Source of the DNA: a virus
Taxonomy: Duplodnaviria > Caudoviricetes
Length of the DNA: 30,773 nt
Strand: one strand, 5' to 3'
Virus record (IMG/VR): IMGVR_UViG_3300034341_000034
Coordinates: 1 to 30,773 of that record
Shown: piece after piece, positions 8,906 to 17,106 of the stretch
How the letters are laid out: every line of letters begins with the position of its first letter
Numbering within the stretch: position 1 is the stretch's first letter
Made by a program: the position numbers and the translations under genes
The notes under the pieces: model-generated
Databases searched by the model: none
What the model was told of the DNA's origin: nothing
The model's input: only the letters and a program-made list of their open reading frames with translations

Positions 8906-10504
8906 ATGAGTTTTAATAAAAAAACTACTAATGCGCTATCAGACACACAGATGGCGGATCTAAAGACGGAAATTAACGCAGCGGCGGCGGCTAACAAAGC
9001 CCCTGCCGTAGACCTAACTGGTGTTATGAGCGGGTTGGGTACTCTTAACACAGGACAGGGCACTATAAATACGGGCATTTCTGATGTTAGCGGCGATGTA
9101 ACGGGGGGGTTTTCTGACCTTGATTTGTACTTAAAAGAGCAGTTTGGAAAAGCAGGTGGCCAACGTGTCGATCTGATGTCTAATATGGGCAAGGGTATGG
9201 CAGAACTGAACAACCTAAACCAAGGACGTTCTGATGCTCTGGGGAAACAGGTTACCGAAGTAGGCGGAGATGTAACTCAAGGCTTTGCAGATCAGACCAC
9301 CCGATTTGATACGTTGGATACATCTATCGGTGATGTGCAGACAGGTGTTAATACTGCAAATACTGGTATCGATGATATGGGTGTAGAAATGGGCAACCGC
9401 TTCGACACCACTGATGAAAATTTCACCCAAGCTGGCGATGCCCTAACCAAAGGCTTTACTAACACACAGGATGATATTGCAACGCTGCAAACGGAAGCAC
9501 TAAATGGACAGGATAATATTTTATCTGACTTAACCACCGCTAAGACGGAGCGTGACTCTTATAACGTAGCTAACACAGATGCGCAGACTACACTGCTTGA
9601 AAATCAAACCCAGTTTAAATCTAACTTTGATGATTACGTTCAGCGGTATTCAGACAATACAACGCTACAGAACGACACTCTGGGCGGTATCCAAGACGGC
9701 CTAACTGGCTTTGCTGGAGATGTTAATAATAGCCTAGCAGGTCTAAATTCCGCAGTGGGTGCTAACGCAGACGCAACAGCGGCAGCGGCGAACGCAAACT
9801 CTGCACAAGCAGGTAGCGTAGAAAGCATTCTGCAAGGCGGCTTTAATGATTTGGGTGGTAGCCTTAATTCACTAGGTGGTAATCTGAACACACTAAGCGG
9901 AGACTTGGGCGGTGTTGATCAGAATGTTAGCGGTCTAGCAGGTGATATCGCAGGCCTCTCCCAAGGACAGTCCGGTATTGAGAGTGCTATTTCTTCTGGT
10001 TTTAATACTAGCCAAGGCTCCTTGAACACGCTGGGTAACTCACTGGGCCAAGACTTTGGTCAGTTACAAAGCAATGTTTCCAACAGCGTAGACAGCATGG
10101 GCAACGATCAAGTTGATTACTCTAATCAGTTTGAAAAAGTCACTGGCCAGTTGAAATCTCTATCACAACTTAGCGGCCTTCCTGATCAGATGCGTCAGCA
10201 ATTTGGCCAGCTTAGTGGCTCTTTCGATAAGCAGGGTAACCTGATCCAGAACAGCATCGACGAACAGGGTAACACAATCACCCGTGCCATGGATAACCAA
10301 GGTAACATGCTTCTGCGCAAATTTGATTCCGGTGGCGCAAGTATGGGTCAGATGGTCATGAACCTGAATGACGTTATGGGTCAGATTAATCAGCTAGGTC
10401 TGGTGCCTGGAGGCAGTGCAGGCATGGGTAATCTATCACAGCCGCTGCAAGATCTAGGGACAGGTAATGGGGGTTTCATGTCGCCATACGGTCTAACGCA
10501 ATAA
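8906..10504 (+). CDS. Putative internal virion / ejection protein with low-complexity helical repeats
   Basis: 532 aa, G/N/Q/D/T-rich, amphipathic heptad-like repeats; follows the GNAT gene as in other podoviruses. Confidence 0.5.
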   Translation: MSFNKKTTNALSDTQMADLKTEINAAAAANKAPAVDLTGVMSGLGTLNTGQGTINTGISDVSGDVTGGFSDLDLYLKEQFGKAGGQRVDLMSNMGKGMAELNNLNQGRSDALGKQVTEVGGDVTQGFADQTTRFDTLDTSIGDVQTGVNTANTGIDDMGVEMGNRFDTTDENFTQAGDALTKGFTNTQDDIATLQTEALNGQDNILSDLTTAKTERDSYNVANTDAQTTLLENQTQFKSNFDDYVQRYSDNTTLQNDTLGGIQDGLTGFAGDVNNSLAGLNSAVGANADATAAAANANSAQAGSVESILQGGFNDLGGSLNSLGGNLNTLSGDLGGVDQNVSGLAGDIAGLSQGQSGIESAISSGFNTSQGSLNTLGNSLGQDFGQLQSNVSNSVDSMGNDQVDYSNQFEKVTGQLKSLSQLSGLPDQMRQQFGQLSGSFDKQGNLIQNSIDEQGNTITRAMDNQGNMLLRKFDSGGASMGQMVMNLNDVMGQINQLGLVPGGSAGMGNLSQPLQDLGTGNGGFMSPYGLTQ

Positions 10505-10514
10505 AGGACATTTT

Positions 10515-11249
10515 ATGCACCCCAAATCAATCTCTGACCAAGGCCTTAACTTAATCAAAAAGTTTGAGGGTCTGCACAAAGTAGGGCCAGACGGTATGGT
10601 AGTTCCATATCGCTGCCCTGCTAATATTCTCACCATCGGCTACGGCCACACTAAAGGTGTGAAGAAGAATATGCGTCTTACAAAGCAAGAGGCAGAAGAC
10701 CTTTTGCGGCAAGACATGAAGATCTACGAGGCGGATGTTAAACGTCTGGTCGATGTACCTTTAACGCAGTACCAGTTCGATGCCCTTGTGTCGTTTGTAT
10801 TCAACCTTGGTAGTGGTGCCTTCTCAGGATCGACTCTGAGGAAAAAATTAAATGCTGGAGATTATTCTGCAGTACCGGCTCAACTGATGCGCTGGAACAA
10901 AGCACGGGTTGGGGGCAAACTTCAGCCGCTTACCGGTCTTACACGCCGCCGTTCTGCAGAGGCAGCATTGTTCACATTGGACGCACAGCTACCTAGCGAT
11001 GACGTTGATGTACCAATGGCGCAGAAGCCTGCAGCACAAGACAAGAAACCTCTAGGTAAATCTAAGACGATGGCCGGTGTAGGTATTGCTGGTGCAGCCA
11101 CTGGCCTGAACGAAATGGCAGGACAGCTACAGGGGCTTGTAGCCTACGCTGACAGCCTAAAGACCATTTTCCTACTCTGTGCAGTCGCCGGTATTGCTCT
11201 GGCAGCATACGCACGGTGGAAAGATCAAAAAGACGGCGTTGATGTTTAA
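10515..11249 (+). CDS. Endolysin, GH24 lysozyme with C-terminal hydrophobic extension
   Basis: LIKKFEG...YRCPANILTIGYGHT, QFDALVSFVFNLG, RWNKA...GLTRRRSAEAALF; SD AAAGGA. Confidence 0.92.
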   Translation: MHPKSISDQGLNLIKKFEGLHKVGPDGMVVPYRCPANILTIGYGHTKGVKKNMRLTKQEAEDLLRQDMKIYEADVKRLVDVPLTQYQFDALVSFVFNLGSGAFSGSTLRKKLNAGDYSAVPAQLMRWNKARVGGKLQPLTGLTRRRSAEAALFTLDAQLPSDDVDVPMAQKPAAQDKKPLGKSKTMAGVGIAGAATGLNEMAGQLQGLVAYADSLKTIFLLCAVAGIALAAYARWKDQKDGVDV

Positions 11250-11487
11250 TATCTTTGGCAGAGTGAAAGACCTAATCATTGCGACTTTGGCTATCGCTCT
11301 GCCCATCCTCTACATCATAGGACGTATTAAAGGCAAAGAAGCCGAAAAGAATAAAGTCCTGCAAGATGAACTACAGGCCGCTGATCAGGCCAACAGATTT
11401 TATAAGGCAATGGCAGAACATGAAAACGACGGTAGCATTGCTGATAGGGGCGGTCTTGTTGAGCGGTTGCGCAAAGACGGTCTATAG
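11242..11487 (+). CDS. Inner-membrane spanin (Rz-like)
   Basis: Start re-assigned to ATG 11242 (MFNIFGRVKD...), 81 aa; one N-terminal transmembrane segment followed by a charged helical region; overlaps the endolysin end. Confidence 0.65.
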   Translation: MFNIFGRVKDLIIATLAIALPILYIIGRIKGKEAEKNKVLQDELQAADQANRFYKAMAEHENDGSIADRGGLVERLRKDGL

Positions 11488-11668
11488 AACTCAGCTTGAG
11501 ATATATTGTCCGCCAATCACGGCGTTTGACGATAGATTTAATAACAAACTAGCCGACGAACTCGAAAGCCTACCCTCGGATGCTACGGCAATCCCAGAGG
11601 CCCTTTCTAATTACGCTTACCTTCGGGACCGTGTGCGGCAATGTCAGATTGAAAGGGATGAACTCTAA
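11420..11668 (+). CDS. Outer-membrane lipoprotein spanin (Rz1-like)
   Basis: Start re-assigned to ATG 11420: MKTTVALLIGAVLLSG-C lipobox, 82 aa; overlaps the 3' end of the i-spanin in another frame. Confidence 0.75.
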   Translation: MKTTVALLIGAVLLSGCAKTVYRTQLEIYCPPITAFDDRFNNKLADELESLPSDATAIPEALSNYAYLRDRVRQCQIERDEL

Positions 11669-14178
11669 TGGGATTGTGGTCCAGTACATTTGGTGGGGGC
11701 AATAGTTTCTCGCAAAGCGTTGCTAACGTAACAACACCTAACGACGGTACAAGTTATTCTGGAGGTAGTCTTACGAGTGACTCTTCTGGTAACCGTGTTA
11801 GCGACAGCAACGCTGTTGTAGGAAACGACGGTACTACATTTGACAACGTAACAGGTGCTGTCTCCAGTATCGTTGGCGGCAATGACAGCTACTCAGTTCA
11901 GTCTGGTGACAGCTTGTCTGCTATTGCAGCACGTAACGGTACTACCGTTGAGGCGCTTATGGCGGCTAACCCCGGTATCACTAATGCGAACAGCATTCAG
12001 GTTGGTCAGAACATTAACATCGCAGGCGGCGGTTCTGGTGGAGTTACGGGCGCAGCCCCTTCGGGTCTGCAGGATGCGCTAGGCTATGTAACTCCTGTAG
12101 GTATCATTGGGAAGCTTTCTGGGTGGGCCAACGGCCTTGATCCTAAAGAGGACGCCACTACTGTTGTTGCGGGTCGCCAAGTATATACCAGCGCAGACGG
12201 GATGCAGTATTCTTACAACTTCTTAGGCCTGCCTTATGAGGTTGTTGTTGAAGGGGATACTGTCGTTGATAAGCTTTCCAAAAGGGACGAAGAGACAGGT
12301 CTTACTGGCTACGAATCCCTAGCTGCACAAGCCACTGCTAATGGTAATGACGACGAAGCTGCCGCTATTATGCAGGAAGCTGCAGATAACGCACAAACAG
12401 AGGGCGGAGAGGGTGCAGGATTTGGTCCTCTAAGCGTTGAACAGATTATGGATTGGGCAGAAAAGTCTGGTGCCACTAAGTCTTCAGAAGACGTAGCAGC
12501 AATGCTTGCTGATCCTGCTAAGTATCTATCTGACCGAGGCATGAGCCTATCTGAGATTGTGAAGACAATCCAGTTAGATGCGAATGCTGATGGTACAACC
12601 CTAGACAAAGACAGCCTAACCGCAGGTCTAAAGGGCGCAGGCGACTACAATGTAGAAACGATTAGCATGGATGATCTGGCGACTTACACAGCCCCAGATA
12701 ATCCGGGTGCTACAGGATATGATGCTGCTATAGTAGGCGACACTATCCTTGGCGAAGACTACACTGCTAAAGCTATCGCAGGCGAGTATAAAGACGAATA
12801 CACTGTTGATGCGAATGACTTCGCTATCGACACTACTGGCGTTGCTACAGGTACTAACAAAGACGGTACAACTAACGTAACCGGCGAAGCCTTGAACGAG
12901 TATGCGTCACAGGATTTGAGTACGATCATCGACACATCTACTGCTGCAGGTAAACTACTTGCACAGCAGTTGGGTGAGGGTAACTACGTCGATTCCAAGT
13001 CTACAATTCTTGGGCAGATGGATATCCTCAGCAAAGAATTTACGGACGCAAAAGGCAATCCTAAAATTCCTGCATGGGCGCAAGGTCTTTACCGTAACAT
13101 GAGCCGTAATGTTGCCTTTAACGGTATCACAGGTACAGCGGCGACTGCAGCATACGCTAATGCGATGATGGAAGCGTCTCTGCCTATGGCTAAAGATGAA
13201 GCTAAGTTCTTCCAAGGTTTGACAGAAAAAAACCTAGATAACCGCCAAGAGATGCTGATTAACAAAGCAACTGTCCTGTCGAATATGGATGTGGAAAATC
13301 TACGGGTGTTTTCTAAGGCTGCATCTGACAACGCTCGTAACATGCTAGACTTCGACACTGCCGCACTAGACCGTGAAAACGAGGCTATGCTGCTTAACAT
13401 CGAAAACCGTGTACAAGCATTGTTTGAAGACACAAAAGCAGAAAACCTAGCCCGTGAGCATTATGCAGACGAAAGCAACGAAATGCGCCGTTTCTATGAC
13501 GGTCTTGTTGCCCGTGCTGACGAACACCGTGCTAATGCTACTAACGAAGCCCTACGCTTTAATGCAGGCGAGACTAATGACGGTACTGAGTTCCAATTAA
13601 ACAACGAGCGTTTGCATGAGTTCTTCCAAGCAGAGTTTGGTTTTGACATCGATAAGTATGTCGCTGATTGGCACCAGAAGGTTGAAGAAACAAACACTAA
13701 AATGCTGTATGATGCTGCTTCTGAAGACGTGATGAATTCTACGGACCTAACAACAGAATTGTTGAACCGTACATGGGAAGACGTTGACCAACTGCTAGAC
13801 TTCTTCTTCAAGGGCGCACAGACAATGGAAGAGCTAGACGTACGTTTGCTTATTGCAGAGTTACAAGCACAGTCTGGTAGCAAGAGCGGTGGCATACTTT
13901 CATCCCTTATCGGTGCTGCAGCCACACTAGGCGGTGCGTATATTCAGTATGGATCTGACGCACGGATGAAAGAAAACATCGTACCGCATGATACGCTTAA
14001 TGGTGTCAATTTCTACACATGGGATTGGAACGAAAAGGCGAAAGCCATTGGTTGGGATAAGTACCCGACATTTGGTGTGATCGCACAAGAGGTTCAGAAG
14101 ACCCATCCTGATGCGGTTGTCGAGGGAGACCACGGTTATCTAATGGTTAATTATGGGAAACTGAAGAATGAAATTTAA
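11668..14178 (+). CDS. Virion protein with LysM domain and C-terminal peptidase S74 autocleaving chaperone domain
   Basis: 836 aa; YSVQSGDSLSAIAARNGTTVEALMAANPGITNANSIQVGQNINI (LysM); SDARMKENI...FYTWDW...GVIAQEVQKTHPDAV...GYLMVNYG (S74). Confidence 0.8.
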   Translation: MGLWSSTFGGGNSFSQSVANVTTPNDGTSYSGGSLTSDSSGNRVSDSNAVVGNDGTTFDNVTGAVSSIVGGNDSYSVQSGDSLSAIAARNGTTVEALMAANPGITNANSIQVGQNINIAGGGSGGVTGAAPSGLQDALGYVTPVGIIGKLSGWANGLDPKEDATTVVAGRQVYTSADGMQYSYNFLGLPYEVVVEGDTVVDKLSKRDEETGLTGYESLAAQATANGNDDEAAAIMQEAADNAQTEGGEGAGFGPLSVEQIMDWAEKSGATKSSEDVAAMLADPAKYLSDRGMSLSEIVKTIQLDANADGTTLDKDSLTAGLKGAGDYNVETISMDDLATYTAPDNPGATGYDAAIVGDTILGEDYTAKAIAGEYKDEYTVDANDFAIDTTGVATGTNKDGTTNVTGEALNEYASQDLSTIIDTSTAAGKLLAQQLGEGNYVDSKSTILGQMDILSKEFTDAKGNPKIPAWAQGLYRNMSRNVAFNGITGTAATAAYANAMMEASLPMAKDEAKFFQGLTEKNLDNRQEMLINKATVLSNMDVENLRVFSKAASDNARNMLDFDTAALDRENEAMLLNIENRVQALFEDTKAENLAREHYADESNEMRRFYDGLVARADEHRANATNEALRFNAGETNDGTEFQLNNERLHEFFQAEFGFDIDKYVADWHQKVEETNTKMLYDAASEDVMNSTDLTTELLNRTWEDVDQLLDFFFKGAQTMEELDVRLLIAELQAQSGSKSGGILSSLIGAAATLGGAYIQYGSDARMKENIVPHDTLNGVNFYTWDWNEKAKAIGWDKYPTFGVIAQEVQKTHPDAVVEGDHGYLMVNYGKLKNEI

Positions 14179-14338
14179 TACCGCAATTGAAAAATCTATC
14201 AAAGCATTTCTGGACGGGAAGATGCCAGAAAAGCTGATGGAAGTGTCCGAGGAAGAGCTGATTTACACACCTGAGTACATGGACACACTAGAAGAAGAGT
14301 TTATGAATGAAGAGGTAGGAGACGAAGATGAAGCCTAA
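14168..14338 (+). CDS. Small acidic hypothetical protein (56 aa, not in ORF track)
   Basis: Read by hand: MKFNTAIEKSIKAFLDGKMPEKLMEVSEEELIYTPEYMDTLEEEFMNEEVGDEDEA*. It fills the gap exactly, overlapping both neighbours by 11 nt. Confidence 0.7.
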   Translation: MKFNTAIEKSIKAFLDGKMPEKLMEVSEEELIYTPEYMDTLEEEFMNEEVGDEDEA

Positions 14339-14888
14339 TTTTGATGGCCCTATCCCCGGTGAACATTTCTTATCAGATAAACGTAATTATCCTTGGCATC
14401 GGCCACCCCAAATTAAGTCCTATAACGGTACTGTGGAGTATGTGATGGGTCGTCTAGAGGACGATCAAACTTCAGAGTTAGTTTTCTCCCTAATTCAAAT
14501 GGAACGACCCCTAACGAATATTGTTGCGTCTTTGATGATGCAGGGTATCGCTAAAGGTAAGTTCCAGATTGACATGGCTATGTTAGCTGCTGGGCCTGTC
14601 TACCGCTATATCAAGATGATTGCTGATAAAGAGGGCTTTAAGTACAACGACGGGTTCAGTGATAAGCGCACACCGATCACACCTACCACCCTCAAATTGG
14701 CTATGGGTATTATTGACCCTGTTGATGATGCAGAGGAGGTCTCTGAGACCCCTGCAGAGCCTGTCACAATGCCTGAAGGCGGCTTGATGGGCAAACCCAG
14801 TACAGATGACCTAGAGATTGCGTCTGTGGACGAACAGGAAGCGATGCTGGGTATGCTAGAAGAAGAGGAAGAGACAGATGTCGTATAA
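14328..14888 (+). CDS. Hypothetical virion-associated protein
   Basis: 186 aa; FDGPIPG...YPWHRPPQ N-terminal motif, acidic tail; SD AGGAG. Confidence 0.6.
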   Translation: MKPNFDGPIPGEHFLSDKRNYPWHRPPQIKSYNGTVEYVMGRLEDDQTSELVFSLIQMERPLTNIVASLMMQGIAKGKFQIDMAMLAAGPVYRYIKMIADKEGFKYNDGFSDKRTPITPTTLKLAMGIIDPVDDAEEVSETPAEPVTMPEGGLMGKPSTDDLEIASVDEQEAMLGMLEEEEETDVV

Positions 14889-17106
14889 GAAGACGAAAGC
14901 CTCCCTCAAATCCCGTCTAGCGTCAGGTGACTTTGTACAGCAGGATTTTTCTGCTGCAGAACAAGGAATCATGGCAGGTGCAAATATCATCGCTCAAGGT
15001 ATGAGAGATAAGTACATAGAGCGCCGTGAAGAGGAAAAGCGTAAAGCTGCCGCTGCTGCCAAAAGGGCTGCTGCCTCTCGCAAGGCGGAAAAAGAGGCAC
15101 AGAAGAACTTGCGTATTGCTACTTCTATTGCCACCCGCTTTGGCGTTGAAACTCAAAATACACAGGCAATGTCTCATATCATGAACGAGGTAGAAATCTA
15201 CGGCAAAGATGCTGTCGATCTTATCCAAAAAGACTATGAAGACGGTAAATTCACGCTTCCAGAAGTGGAAGTCACCGAAGAATATGTTACCGGTGCTAGG
15301 GCCGACCAAGCGCCGCCTATGCGTCTATCACCAAATCCTGATGGCAGCATGCGTACTACCTTAGATATTGGTGAGGCGATTGACGATCTAGAAGCAACCG
15401 GTAGTCCCGCCGCTTCTGCCGCACGGTCTGCAGCCGAAAGCCGTTTCAGCCCACAACAGCTAAACAAGGGCGAAGTACAGACAGCGACCACCACTTCACA
15501 AGGGTTTGCGTTTGATCCTAACGCTAAAAATAGCGAAATTGATTGGATGTCTGTGTCTCAAACGGATGTTGAGAACTTACGCCGGTTGCATGATGCAGGT
15601 CAACAGGTTCTGGAAGACCAAGATCTTAAAGTACTTGAATTATATGAAACTGATTTTGCTGCGGCAGAGGCATTGCAAACAACCACAGCAAATAGAGAAT
15701 TTAATCAGACAATCATAAAAGAAGACATAGAGGGTCTTCAAGCAATAATAGCATCCCCAGATACTGTGTACAGTAAAGAACAAAAAGCTATAGCTCAGAC
15801 ACAACTGGATAATAAGTTAGGCATTGCTCAGACACAAGAAGATGAGCAATCCGCTGCAGATGCTCTTGAGTTCCGTAGAAGCCTTGTGGGTAGGGATGCA
15901 AAGTATCTAAGGGGTGTAGGAGCATCTGGAGACTTCACTCCAGAAGAAAAGGCAGAGGCTGCGGCACAATTAGCAGCCCTTCCGGGTGAGCCGTTTAATA
16001 TTACAGATTATGATGACATTAAGGATGCCACCTTACAGACCATTATTGCTAACCCCAAAACAGATCCTGAAAAGGTCACGGCCCTAGAGGCTTTACTAAG
16101 TAATAGACGTAATATGGCTCCAGAAGTTAATGTAGACAGCCCAGATTACATAGTTACCTATGTAGATGAGACAGGTCAAAAGCAGGTCACTGTGGCAAAA
16201 CTTGCAGAAGGCGGCGGTGGGTTTGTTGATTTGACTACAAGTACGCCAGTAGTCCCCGCCCCTGATACTTCACCCATTAACATGGAACTGCAGAGTACAC
16301 TATCTTCAGACCTCGCTAAAATAAATACACCATTAATTAAACCTTTGAAGGCAGCAAGGTCTTCTATGGTTTCAACATTACGATCTGCAAAGAGGCTTGA
16401 TGATTTGGTTAATCCTGTCACGGGCAATCCTGAAATTTTAACAACTATTGGTAGTGTCGGTCCTAAGATTTTAAAAAGAATTGGGCTTGAAGGTAAGGCA
16501 GCGTTTGATCTTATCGCAGGTGCAGGCAATACAACACAAGGTTTGTCTCTTTTAGATCAGCGTTTTAATGCATATATTAATGAAAGTAACCTTACAGGTT
16601 CGGCCCGAGCGGCGGCTCTTTTTCAGGCTGAAAAGGTCAAGATGGCCTTTATGTTTGCGGCGTCTGCTTTAGGACAGTCGGGACAGGGTTTGTCAGATAA
16701 AGACTTTTCAAGAGCTTTAGAAATACTAGACAATGGAAGCGACTATAAAACTTTCTCCGAAAATTTAAGATCACAAACTCTGTCTGTAATTGAAGCTACC
16801 AACACAGAGATAGACCAATTTAATAAAGATGGTGCAGTTATAGTTCTAAACCGTATAGATGTTTCTGGACAAGTTATGGCTGGATACAAGCAAACCGCTG
16901 AAGAATTTGCTGTGTCGAATAACTTAGGTGATGCATTTGCGTGGGCTAAATCAGAGGTAGATACTGCCCCACCGACTGCTAACCCACCGACTACTAATCC
17001 CCCTACACTGGAAGAGTTTATTGAAAGAGCCCGTGAGCTTAATGTGGGGACATCGGATGCTGACTTAGAAGCCTATTGGATTAGGGAATATGGAGGGTCT
17101 AACTAA
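14878..17106 (+). CDS. Putative internal virion / ejection protein
   Basis: 742 aa, helical, N-terminal coiled coil; SD GAGG; located among the large late genes. Confidence 0.55.
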   Translation: MSYKKTKASLKSRLASGDFVQQDFSAAEQGIMAGANIIAQGMRDKYIERREEEKRKAAAAAKRAAASRKAEKEAQKNLRIATSIATRFGVETQNTQAMSHIMNEVEIYGKDAVDLIQKDYEDGKFTLPEVEVTEEYVTGARADQAPPMRLSPNPDGSMRTTLDIGEAIDDLEATGSPAASAARSAAESRFSPQQLNKGEVQTATTTSQGFAFDPNAKNSEIDWMSVSQTDVENLRRLHDAGQQVLEDQDLKVLELYETDFAAAEALQTTTANREFNQTIIKEDIEGLQAIIASPDTVYSKEQKAIAQTQLDNKLGIAQTQEDEQSAADALEFRRSLVGRDAKYLRGVGASGDFTPEEKAEAAAQLAALPGEPFNITDYDDIKDATLQTIIANPKTDPEKVTALEALLSNRRNMAPEVNVDSPDYIVTYVDETGQKQVTVAKLAEGGGGFVDLTTSTPVVPAPDTSPINMELQSTLSSDLAKINTPLIKPLKAARSSMVSTLRSAKRLDDLVNPVTGNPEILTTIGSVGPKILKRIGLEGKAAFDLIAGAGNTTQGLSLLDQRFNAYINESNLTGSARAAALFQAEKVKMAFMFAASALGQSGQGLSDKDFSRALEILDNGSDYKTFSENLRSQTLSVIEATNTEIDQFNKDGAVIVLNRIDVSGQVMAGYKQTAEEFAVSNNLGDAFAWAKSEVDTAPPTANPPTTNPPTLEEFIERARELNVGTSDADLEAYWIREYGGSN

